Assembly: GCA_002309655.1 (NCBI GenBank)
Contig: DBXM01000002.1
Location: forward strand, 12,960-76,959
Length of the DNA stretch: 64,000 nt
Direction of reading: 5' to 3'
Source of the DNA: Mageeibacillus sp. UBA1212
GTDB taxonomy: Bacteria; Bacillota; Clostridia; UBA1212
Shown here: in pieces, positions 1 through 7,861 of the stretch
How the letters are laid out: each line of letters starts with the position of its first letter
How positions within the stretch are numbered: position 1 is the first letter of the stretch
The notes under the pieces: generated by a model
The model's database searches: none
Seen by the model: the letters and a program-made list of their open reading frames with translations, nothing else
Told to the model about the DNA's origin: nothing
Translations under genes and position numbers: made by a program

Positions 1-551
1 TCGCCGGTCTCAAGGTAGACCGAAGCGCGCCGCCAGTCGGTGGTGCCGGTGGTCGAGAACGCCTTTCCGCTCATCTTGTAGCCGGACAGGTTCGCTCCGG
101 CGCCTTCGGACACGTTGTGGGTCTTGATCGAGAGCGTGATCTTGTAGTACGACGAAGGCTTCACCTTTATGTTGCGGTAGATCCTGGCGTCGTTTTTCGA
201 AAAATTCTCTATTTTCAGGCAGTTTCCGTTGTTGTCGCCGCCCGGTTCCACCGATATTTTAGTGGTCTCTTTGCTGCTCTCGTACTCCGCCCTGTAATTG
301 TAGACGTGCCAGCCCGAGAGCCCTTTCGTGTTCAATGTCTCGAAGTTGTACTCGTAGCGTTCGCGGGGCGTCAGCACTGAAATGAGCACCACTGCCGCGA
401 TGACGACCACCGCAGCGATAACCGACAGAACGGTGACCAGCGCCTTCTTTGAGACGTTCAGTTCGCCCGTTTGGCTCTGCACCGCCGTGTTTTTATTCTT
501 CGGATTTCCGGCGCCGCTGCCGGTCCTGCTATCTTTTTTTCTGTCCGCCAT
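1..551 (-). CDS. Partial membrane protein (C-terminal end beyond window start) with N-terminal cytoplasmic K-rich tail, one TM and an extracytoplasmic CBM4/9-like beta-sandwich domain; paralog of the next gene, so presumably another GT-C glycosyltransferase
   Basis: Manual translation of the minus strand from ATG at 551 gives MADRKKDSRTGSGAGNPKNK...TM...GNCLKIENFSKNDARIYRNIKVKPSSYYKITLSIKTHNVSEGAGANLSGYKMSGK, colinear with the N-terminus of the 564..2924 protein (GCLKIVNRTENDARFTYKIKLQADKIYKLEADVKTENIVTGGSYGANV). ORF runs open to position 1 and is not in the ORF track because no stop lies in the window. The plus-strand track ORFs here are antisense artefacts. Confidence 0.6.
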   Translation of the reverse strand, partial: MADRKKDSRTGSGAGNPKNKNTAVQSQTGELNVSKKALVTVLSVIAAVVVIAAVVLISVLTPRERYEYNFETLNTKGLSGWHVYNYRAEYESSKETTKISVEPGGDNNGNCLKIENFSKNDARIYRNIKVKPSSYYKITLSIKTHNVSEGAGANLSGYKMSGKAFSTTGTTDWRRASVYLETG

Positions 552-563
552 TGATCTTCACCT

Positions 564-2924
564 TTATTTACGCTTCTTTTTACTGTTCTCTCCGGCAGGA
601 GAAGCTTCCTGTTCGAAAACCGTATCCTCCACCGCGCTCGTTTCGCCGCCCGCGTCTTTAACCGCTTTTGCGGGCTCCGCCTGCGCTCCACCGTCTTCCC
701 ACGCGAATACCTTCTCCGGCTTCACGGAGGCGGCCGCCACGACCGCTGTCAGCAACGCGGAAACGACCATCAGCACCGCAAGGAACCCTCTGTAGTCCGT
801 AAGCGACGGCCAGTAGTAATCCGCGTATGCCGAATACTCCCCGCCCGCCGATTTAATAGAACCGCCCACCAGCAGGCCCATCATGATCTCGTGCACCGTT
901 ATGAATCCCGCGCAGCTCTGCAGCGCGTAAACGGGAAGGATTATCCTCCTTCGCCTCACGACCGCCGCAATCAGCAGCAGCGCCAGCGCCGGGAAGAAGT
1001 ACCTCTCATGCATTCTCGGCCCGAAGCACGCCACGCACGCGAACATATACGCGCCGGCGGCGTAAACGAGCCCCTCGCTCTCCCTGAGCGGTCTCTTGTG
1101 TCTGATATCCGAAAGCCCTTTTATGAGCCTCACCGCGTACATTGCCACCGCGCCGAGACTGATCGCGACGATGGCGAGCATTCCCCACTTGTGGAACGAA
1201 AGTCCCGCCTTCACCACGTTGTCCGGCTTCCAGTTGAGCCCCAGCAGGAACCAGAAGTTATAGCAGTTGACCGTCGTGTACGCGTAGTGGTCGATGGTGC
1301 CGAGGAAGAGCGAGAATATCCACGGGAGCTTCATTGTCTTGCCGAGCAGCTGCACCTCCGCGGTTCCCATATTAGAGAAAGGAATGCACGGCAGCACCAG
1401 CGAGACGACCGTCCCGAGCGTCAGCCCGCCAAGCGACAGGAACGCCTTTTTCGTCTTTTTCTGCGCCAACGTCAGTATGAAGTCGACGATGAACGCGCAG
1501 CCGAGCACCGGTGCGAATATGATCATCTGCGGCTTCAGCATGACTCCGAGGCCGAACATTATTCCCGCGCCCAGGTACTGCTTCCTGTTGATGAACACGC
1601 ACGCCAGCACCACAAAGAGCGTCAGCAGCGAGTCGACCTGCCCCCAGCACGCCGAGTCCAAAATAACCGCCGGGTTGAGCAGCCAGATCGCCGCGAAGAA
1701 GAGCGCGTTGCCCTGACTGTAGCGGCGTTTTTTCGCGACCGAGTAGACGATTGCGCCTATCCCGATGTCCGCCAGCATCGACGGAAGCTTCACGAGCATA
1801 GTCGTAACAGGCTCCGCGTACTTGAACAGCTTCGCGATCTGCATCGCGCCGTACATGAAGTAAATGTAGAGCGGCGGGTAGTCGCAGTTCGTGGCGACGG
1901 TGTAGAGCTTCGAAATTCCGTTGTCGACCGCGGTCCTGCCCCAGGAACGGAACAGCGACACGTCGATGCCGCACTGGAAGTACGTGGTCGAGAGCACCAG
2001 CCTGATCGCCAGCGCGCCCGCAAAAAGCACCGCCGCCGAAACGAGAATACTCCGCGGAGAGCCGTAGGGCGCCTCGAGCTTCTTTCCGTCGTTCCCGTTA
2101 TTGAGCGCGGGAACGTATTTCCCGTCCTCCGTGACGAATTCCTGCCCCGCTCTGTCGTACGCGCGTCTAAATAAATAGGCGATGAAAAGCGCGGCTGCCG
2201 CGAACGCGAAAATGAGCCAGCTGACCTTCCGCATGTCGTCGTAGAGAAGTTCGTTGTACTGCGCGTCCTGGGTAACCGTCTTGCTGTTGATCTTCACGAC
2301 GCCCCTGCCCGCCGGCGCCGCCGCGACTTCAGTCACCTTGACGTTGTCGAACCAGGCGGTTCCGGTGACGGTGCAGCCGTAGTAGCCCAGCCTCAGGCAG
2401 AGCGTGTAATTGTCGGTCTTTCCGGCGGAGACGTAGTTTTCGACGTGGGTCCAGTCGTTCGATGCGACGAGGTTCTTGAATCCGCCGTTTTTGGACTCGA
2501 GAATACAGACGTTCGCGCCGTACGAGCCGCCGGTGACGATATTCTCGGTCTTCACGTCCGCTTCGAGCTTGTAGATTTTGTCCGCCTGCAGCTTGATTTT
2601 ATACGTGAACCTGGCGTCGTTTTCGGTCCTGTTGACGATCTTGAGGCAGCCGGTGCCGTTCACGCCCTCGTTGGGCTCCGAAAAGTCGGTGGCGGTCCGG
2701 GAATACGCGTCGGTCGTGAATCCGCTCAGGCCCGAGTCGAAATTCGCCGACAGAACGTTCTTCCTGCCGCCCGCGAACACTGCTATCAGCAGAATTACTA
2801 CCGCAAGAACGGCCGCCGCGACGGCGATGTTGCGCTTCTTTTTGTCCGCAAAGAAGGCTTTGAGGCCGCTTCCGGTTGTTTCGCCGCTTTTATTCTTTTT
2901 ACTATCGGGGTTGTTTTTCTTCAT
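564..2924 (-). CDS. Multi-pass membrane glycosyltransferase of the GT-C fold (PMT/ArnT/YfhO-like, about 12 TM, DYPPLY loop motif) with N-terminal CBM-like domain
   Basis: 786 aa ORF; N-terminal K-rich segment, TM, about 150 aa CBM4/9-like domain (GANVCILESKNGGF...TGTAWFDNVKV), then a polytopic domain with an NCDYPPLY loop and many hydrophobic helices typical of GT-C glycosyltransferases. Family assignment beyond GT-C is uncertain. Confidence 0.6.
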   Translation of the reverse strand: MKKNNPDSKKNKSGETTGSGLKAFFADKKKRNIAVAAAVLAVVILLIAVFAGGRKNVLSANFDSGLSGFTTDAYSRTATDFSEPNEGVNGTGCLKIVNRTENDARFTYKIKLQADKIYKLEADVKTENIVTGGSYGANVCILESKNGGFKNLVASNDWTHVENYVSAGKTDNYTLCLRLGYYGCTVTGTAWFDNVKVTEVAAAPAGRGVVKINSKTVTQDAQYNELLYDDMRKVSWLIFAFAAAALFIAYLFRRAYDRAGQEFVTEDGKYVPALNNGNDGKKLEAPYGSPRSILVSAAVLFAGALAIRLVLSTTYFQCGIDVSLFRSWGRTAVDNGISKLYTVATNCDYPPLYIYFMYGAMQIAKLFKYAEPVTTMLVKLPSMLADIGIGAIVYSVAKKRRYSQGNALFFAAIWLLNPAVILDSACWGQVDSLLTLFVVLACVFINRKQYLGAGIMFGLGVMLKPQMIIFAPVLGCAFIVDFILTLAQKKTKKAFLSLGGLTLGTVVSLVLPCIPFSNMGTAEVQLLGKTMKLPWIFSLFLGTIDHYAYTTVNCYNFWFLLGLNWKPDNVVKAGLSFHKWGMLAIVAISLGAVAMYAVRLIKGLSDIRHKRPLRESEGLVYAAGAYMFACVACFGPRMHERYFFPALALLLIAAVVRRRRIILPVYALQSCAGFITVHEIMMGLLVGGSIKSAGGEYSAYADYYWPSLTDYRGFLAVLMVVSALLTAVVAAASVKPEKVFAWEDGGAQAEPAKAVKDAGGETSAVEDTVFEQEASPAGENSKKKRK

Positions 2925-3017
2925 TTCAATACCGGTCTCCCGCTCTCAGGTTGAGCGGTCATTTTGGGGTTTGTTTTTGTATGTTGCAGCCGGAAATCTC
3001 CGGCGCAGTATTTGCCG

Positions 3018-3791
3018 TCAGAACCTCAGTATTTTCCCCACCGAGGCGCCGGCGTCGATTTTAGGTTCGCCGTGGCACTCGAGCAGCCGTATCACGGAGC
3101 CCGGGCCGATCCGGCACTCCTCGCAGAAAACGTGGTCCGCCTTCGTGTACGAGAGGATCGCCGTGTCGCATTCTACCGTGTCGCAGATCAGCGCAAAATC
3201 GGAGGGATTAGGGACCGCGCTGTCGACCGTTACGGTCTCCGCCTTGATCTCGACCGCCTTGTTGGCGACTCCGTTGGCGAGGTATTCGACGTCGATTGCC
3301 CTTATTATAGAGCGGACCGACATGCTGCCCTTGACCATAACGGTGTCCGCGGTCAGCTTCCCGCTCAGCGTCAGTCTGCCGCCGACCTTCAGATTGACCG
3401 TTTCCATCCGGCCGTAAGCTTTCATCTGCTGGGCGATGCTCACCGTTTCCGCGTGAACGTCTCCGTACACCTCCGCATAGCCGAGGAATGAGGCCGAGCC
3501 GCAAATCAGATTCTTGCGCAGAACCACGTTCCCGTAGCCGGTCATCTCGTCGCAGGTCAGCGTGTCGAGAAACTCCGCCGACCCTTCAACCGAAAGCCTG
3601 TCCACGTCCACAAAGCTGCGGAAGACCGCGTGCCCCGTGATGCGCATGTTCTCGTAGTAGAGCTTTTCCTCAACGAACCGCTCGCCGTCGATGACCGTTC
3701 CCTCGTACGAAAGGCTGATGTTGGCCAGGTCTGAAATGCCGCGAAATCCGCTGACTGTATTCTGTTTGATAATCGGGCCGTCTCCGGGCAT
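3018..3791 (-). CDS. Beta-helical repeat protein (bactofilin / DUF4097-like) with C-terminal Cys-rich cluster
   Basis: Start reassigned to the internal ATG at 3791 (MPGDGPIIKQ...), preceded by GGAAGGGAAG RBS. Repetitive V/G-x-V pattern (KVGGRLTLSGKLTADTVMVKGSMSV) is typical of polymer-forming beta-helix proteins. C-terminus carries CDTVECDT...CEECR...ECHG. The track start at 3923 lacks an RBS. Confidence 0.45.
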   Translation of the reverse strand: MPGDGPIIKQNTVSGFRGISDLANISLSYEGTVIDGERFVEEKLYYENMRITGHAVFRSFVDVDRLSVEGSAEFLDTLTCDEMTGYGNVVLRKNLICGSASFLGYAEVYGDVHAETVSIAQQMKAYGRMETVNLKVGGRLTLSGKLTADTVMVKGSMSVRSIIRAIDVEYLANGVANKAVEIKAETVTVDSAVPNPSDFALICDTVECDTAILSYTKADHVFCEECRIGPGSVIRLLECHGEPKIDAGASVGKILRF

Positions 3792-3876
3792 CGCGTCACT
3801 TCCCTTCCAAACTCGCATAATAACGCATTTTAGATTGTAGCACAACGCCGCGGCAGTGTAAAGACGCGCGCGCAAC

Positions 3877-3906
3877 TTGTGACAGGTTGTGACAATTTGT
3901 AACAAT
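3877..3906. promoter_or_regulatory. Three phased 10-bp direct repeats TTGTGACAGG / TTGTGACAAT / TTGTAACAAT in the divergent intergenic region between the beta-helix gene and the Asp23 operon
   Basis: Read directly from sequence at 3877-3906. Exact 10-bp periodicity. Candidate binding array for a direct-repeat-recognising regulator such as a response regulator. Confidence 0.3.
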
Positions 3907-4078
3907 CCGGGATGGCGAATCAAATAATAAACCGTAGCGGGCGTTCACGCTCTTTCCCGCTCTTTCCCCGCCCCTCGCCGCTATTGACACGCCCGCCTTA
4001 TTAGTGGTAATATTAAATGGACAATTATCGGATGCGGCGGGAATTACCTTGCGGCAGCCGGCGGAGGAGGTTAAGGCT

Positions 4079-4516
4079 TTGGGTATCAACGATTTCAGAA
4101 TCTCGGTTTTCGACGACGAAAACAGTAAGCCCTCATATCAGAACAACCAGCCGGAGACCGCGGCCGCCGACGCGAAAGACACGATCATTACGGATGAAGT
4201 GGTCGCCATTGTGGCTGCCCAGGCGGCGCTCGCAACCGATTCAGTCGCTTCGATGAGTTCCAACATGGCCGGCGACATAGTCGAATCGCTGGGCGTCCGG
4301 AACCCCACGAAAGGCGTTGCCGTCAAGATGAACGAAGGCCGCGTCATTCTCGACCTATATATTATTGTAAAATACGGGAAAAAGATTTCCGACATCGCGT
4401 GGAACGTTCAGGAAAACGTGAAGAAGGAAGTCGAAAACATGACCGGCGCCGTCGTCGAGTCGGTGAACATTCACGTTTCCGGCGTCGACTTCACGCAGAA
4501 GGCGAAAAAAGCCTGA
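4079..4516 (+). CDS. Asp23/Gls24 family envelope stress protein
   Basis: VVAIVAAQAALATDSVASMSS...GVAVKMNEGRVILDLYIIVKYGKKISDIAWNVQENVKKEVENMTGAVVESVNIHVSGVDF is a typical Asp23 (DUF322) sequence. Start placed at in-frame TTG 4079, which is 8 nt after GGAGGAGG. The track GTG at 4004 is an alternative start. Confidence 0.8.
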   Translation: MGINDFRISVFDDENSKPSYQNNQPETAAADAKDTIITDEVVAIVAAQAALATDSVASMSSNMAGDIVESLGVRNPTKGVAVKMNEGRVILDLYIIVKYGKKISDIAWNVQENVKKEVENMTGAVVESVNIHVSGVDFTQKAKKA

Positions 4517-4603
4517 ATTTTAGCGGGCCTTGCTCTGACCCGCATTTCAGCCCCTTCCCTTTTATTACGACGGCGCCAGCCCGCCCTTTGACCGGAGGAA
4601 TTT

Positions 4604-5143
4604 ATGAACACATTTTTCAGAGTCAGCGTCGCGATTTACGCGTTTATTTCAATGCTTCTTTCGGCGCTCATAATGATTTCGCCCTTCGGCGAGAAAAAGC
4701 TGATGGCACTCGTTCTCGAGCGCGCCCAGATCAACCTCTACCAGTCGAACGCCTACGACGTGATCGTTTTCGTCGTCGGGCTGGTGTTCCTGCTCATCAA
4801 CATCGCGATTCTGACCGGAGGCATCCGCGGCAAGGGCTCGTCCAAATATGTGACCCGCACCAACCAGAACGGCTCGATCAACATCTCGGCGGTATCGATC
4901 GAGAATATCGCGCTGGCGATGGCAAAGCGCTTCCAGGGAGTGAAGGACGCGAAGGCGCGCGCGGCGTTTTCCCGCGACGAACTGAAGATTTCTCTGAGGC
5001 TCCAGGTCTACACCGACGTGAACATTCCCGAACTCAGCGCAGGCATCCAGGAGCGCGTGAAGGACTCCATCGAAAACTCCACCGACATCAAAGTGAACAG
5101 CGTCAGCGTCAACGTCGAGGGCGTCTACCAGCAGGGAGACTGA
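4604..5143 (+). CDS. amaP: Alkaline shock response membrane anchor protein AmaP
   Basis: 179 aa, two N-terminal TM helices followed by a soluble domain. Conserved Asp23-AmaP-DUF2273 gene order. GGAGG RBS 5 nt before the ATG. Confidence 0.75.
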   Translation: MNTFFRVSVAIYAFISMLLSALIMISPFGEKKLMALVLERAQINLYQSNAYDVIVFVVGLVFLLINIAILTGGIRGKGSSKYVTRTNQNGSINISAVSIENIALAMAKRFQGVKDAKARAAFSRDELKISLRLQVYTDVNIPELSAGIQERVKDSIENSTDIKVNSVSVNVEGVYQQGD

Positions 5144-5147
5144 TAAT

Positions 5148-5375
5148 ATGCTTCGGAAAATATACAAGTTCTACAGAAAATATCACTACTGCATAAACGG
5201 CGCGGCCGTGGGGCTGCTCACCGGAATACTGCTCGTGACGCTCGGAATCATCAAGACCGTCATCATTCTTGCCTGCGTCTACGCCGGCTACTTCATCGGC
5301 AAGAAACTGATGGCCGACAAGGATTTCATCAAGAAGCTTTTCGACAGGATCCTGCCGCCGGGCTCGTACAGATAA
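5148..5375 (+). CDS. DUF2273 small integral membrane protein
   Basis: 75 aa with two TM segments (GAAVGLLTGILLVTLGIIKTVIILACVYAGYFIG). Third member of the Asp23 operon. Confidence 0.7.
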   Translation: MLRKIYKFYRKYHYCINGAAVGLLTGILLVTLGIIKTVIILACVYAGYFIGKKLMADKDFIKKLFDRILPPGSYR

Positions 5376-5396
5376 TTGTTTTTATATAACAGGAAC

Positions 5397-5461
5397 GGCC
5401 CCGGGCCCCCTCTCTTCCTTTTTTGGAAATTTTGACGAGGGGGCCCGGGACCTTTTTATAC
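5397..5461 (+). terminator. Rho-independent terminator (13-bp GC stem CCCGGGCCCCCTC / GAGGGGGCCCGGG, 24-nt loop, TTTTT tail) between convergent operons
   Basis: Inverted repeat read at 5400-5412 and 5437-5449, followed by TTTTTATA. Confidence 0.5.
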
Positions 5462-5476
5462 CCTATTTATAGTTGT

Positions 5477-6472
5477 TTAAAGCCTCGAACGAACCTCCTC
5501 CGGTGAAGGAACGCTCTCGATGCCGCCGTGCTTTTCTGTCGAAAGGCTTGCCGCCGTGACCGCGTATCTGCCGATCTTATCGAGTTCCTCCGCCGTAAGC
5601 GGCTTTCTTCCCGAGACGAACGCCTTCCTGTCGAACCCGTTAAGCCCGAGAAGTCCGGCCGCTATCGAACCGCCGCAGATGTCGCCCGCGCCGGTCGTGT
5701 CAAGCACGTTCACCTTGGGGGCGGGAATAAACACCTCGTTTTCGCCGCTTCTCAGCACCGCGCCGTCGCCTCCCAACGTTACCGCCACCAGCCTTACCGA
5801 CGGAATCAGCTCCGCAATCGCCTTCGCGGCCGCCCTTCCGCCGATGCCGAAAATCAGCTCCGCCTCTTCGGTCGAGATCTTGACCAGGTTGACTCCTTCA
5901 AATCCTTCCCGCATCATCTCCACCGCGTGCGTTTCGCTGTCCCAGAGCGGCGCCCTGTAGTTCGGATCGTAGGACACGATAACACCGTTCGCCGCCGCGA
6001 CTTTCCGCGCCAGGAACGTCGACTTCGCGCCCGTCTTCGTCGTCATCAGGAGCGACCCGTAGTGAAGAATATCCGCGTTTTTGATGAGTTCCCGCGGCAC
6101 CTCCTTCGTGTTGAGAAGGCTGTCCGCCCCCGGCTTCCTCGCGAACGAAAACTCCCTGTCGCCGTGCTGGTCGAGGGTCACAAAAGCGAGCGTCGTGAAC
6201 GCGTTCTCAGTAACGGTCACTCCCGAAACGTCGATGTTCTTCTCGCGCAGCGTGCCCAGCAGCAGCCTTCCGAACGCGTCGTCTCCCACCTTTCCGATGA
6301 AAGCCGTCTGCCTTCCCGCCGCCTGTGCCGCCGCCAGGAAATTCGCCGGCGCTCCGCCCGGATGCGCTTTGAGCGTCGGATACCCTGCCGCGTCAGTTTT
6401 TTCACTCGTGAAATCAATGAGAACCTCGCCGATTGCGACGATCTCCGCTCTTTTTTTCTCAGTATTCTCCAT
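5477..6472 (-). CDS. PfkB-family carbohydrate kinase (fructokinase-like)
   Basis: 331 aa. Ribokinase-like motifs: N-terminal VLIDF with GG dipeptide, C-terminal DTTGAGD anion-hole motif. Confidence 0.85.
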   Translation of the reverse strand: MENTEKKRAEIVAIGEVLIDFTSEKTDAAGYPTLKAHPGGAPANFLAAAQAAGRQTAFIGKVGDDAFGRLLLGTLREKNIDVSGVTVTENAFTTLAFVTLDQHGDREFSFARKPGADSLLNTKEVPRELIKNADILHYGSLLMTTKTGAKSTFLARKVAAANGVIVSYDPNYRAPLWDSETHAVEMMREGFEGVNLVKISTEEAELIFGIGGRAAAKAIAELIPSVRLVAVTLGGDGAVLRSGENEVFIPAPKVNVLDTTGAGDICGGSIAAGLLGLNGFDRKAFVSGRKPLTAEELDKIGRYAVTAASLSTEKHGGIESVPSPEEVRSRL

Positions 6473-6511
6473 TTTCTTCCTCCGGTTTATATAAATCAGC
6501 TTTTTATCTTC

Positions 6512-7759
6512 TCAGTCCGCCGCGGTTTCCGTCTCGATTTCGATCACCCGCACGACCAGATTCCTGCCGAACGCGAAGGGAATCCCGTGCACCGTGAAGC
6601 CACCCGCCTCTTCCGTGATCCTGAGCTCGTCCCCCGTGTCGACCGCCGTCGCCTTCACCGGCTTCAGCTCCGATTCAATTTTGACGTCAAGATCCGCCGA
6701 AACGCGCTCCGACACGTTCGGGTCCGCCACCGTCGGCAGCCCGAACTGAAACAGGCAGTATTTCCCGTTTTTCCGCTTCAGCGCGAAGTCCTTTTCGCGG
6801 TCCGTCACCTTCATCTCCGCGGTCGGTTCCGCGTGCCGGAAATACTCTCCGAACTTTCTCATCCAGATTCCGGTAAGCTCGAAAACGCCCCGGTCCACCG
6901 TCCTCAGGCTGCCGTCCGGCTTCGGCCCCGTGTTCAGCAGGAAGTTTGCGCGCGTCCTCCTGCACAGAACCATCTCCTCGATGATCCTCGCCGGCGCCTT
7001 GTAGTTAAGGTCGTCCGCCCCGAACCCCCAGCAGTCGTTCATGACCTCGCACATCTCCGAGGCGATGTACTTCGGCGAATTCTCCAGGTTGATCGGCTGC
7101 GGATTCCCTCTCTCGAACGTAACGCTGTCAAGCTCCGGATGCCCGAGCGCGCCCCTGGCGTCAAGGCCGGTGTTGTTGATGATCATCGCGTCCGGCTGAT
7201 ATTTCCTGATCATGCCGTAGAGCGCGTCCTCCTGCCAGTCCGCGGCGGGTTTGTCCCACATGCCGTCGAACCAGATTCCGCCTATTTTTCCGTAATTTCT
7301 GCAAAGCAGCTCCACGCTCGCGCGAAGGTACTTCAGATACTCCGGGAAGTCTTCGCGGTACGTTTTTTCATGCCAGTCGAGCAGCGTGTGGTAGAAAAAA
7401 GGAACGATTCCCTGCTCCCTGCAGGCGTCCGTGAATTCCTTCACCAGGTCCCTTCCGCACCTCGAATGCGGCGCGTCGTACGTGTTCAGCCCCTTCGTGT
7501 CGTAAAGCGAAAAGCCGTCGTGGTGGCGCGCGGTGAGCGTAATGTAGCCGCAGCCCGCGTCTTTCGCGCATTTAACCAGTTCCGCCGCCCAGTCCTTCCC
7601 GGGGTCGAACTCCTCCGCGAGCCGGTCATAGTCGGCGTCGGGAATCCTCTCCAGAAACTTGACCCACTCGCCGTGGCCGATCAGCGAATACAGCCCGAAG
7701 TGCACGAACATCCCGAGCCCGAAGCTTTCGAATTCTTTTATGTACTGCTTAACGATCAA
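6512..7759 (-). CDS. Alpha-L-fucosidase, GH29
   Basis: 415 aa. FGLGMFVHFGLYS...HHDGFSLYDT...WFDGMW motifs are typical of GH29. No signal peptide. Confidence 0.85.
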   Translation of the reverse strand: MIVKQYIKEFESFGLGMFVHFGLYSLIGHGEWVKFLERIPDADYDRLAEEFDPGKDWAAELVKCAKDAGCGYITLTARHHDGFSLYDTKGLNTYDAPHSRCGRDLVKEFTDACREQGIVPFFYHTLLDWHEKTYREDFPEYLKYLRASVELLCRNYGKIGGIWFDGMWDKPAADWQEDALYGMIRKYQPDAMIINNTGLDARGALGHPELDSVTFERGNPQPINLENSPKYIASEMCEVMNDCWGFGADDLNYKAPARIIEEMVLCRRTRANFLLNTGPKPDGSLRTVDRGVFELTGIWMRKFGEYFRHAEPTAEMKVTDREKDFALKRKNGKYCLFQFGLPTVADPNVSERVSADLDVKIESELKPVKATAVDTGDELRITEEAGGFTVHGIPFAFGRNLVVRVIEIETETAAD

Positions 7760-7861
7760 AATGCACCCCTAAATTATATGTGAACTGTGAAATGTTCGGG
7801 AATTCATTCCTTATTTCTTATTCCTCATTTCTTATTCTCGAATTTCTTATTCTCGAATTTC

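Noticed and set aside
3792-3923. N-terminal 44 codons of the track ORF 3018..3923 (MIRHPGLLQIV...)
   Set aside because: There is no RBS there.
The internal ATG at 3791 has a strong GGAAGGGAAG site.
The extension would run through the intergenic repeat region.
5528-7783. 751-aa plus-strand ORF (Arg-rich) spanning the fucosidase and PfkB genes
   Set aside because: Antisense to two well-conserved minus-strand genes in a 60% GC genome.
Composition typical of GC-rich antisense frames.
No RBS and no family resemblance.
The same holds for 891..2174, 15692..17563, 18780..20339, 39154..40164, 45523..46833, 47168..48439 and the other long plus ORFs that overlap minus-strand genes.
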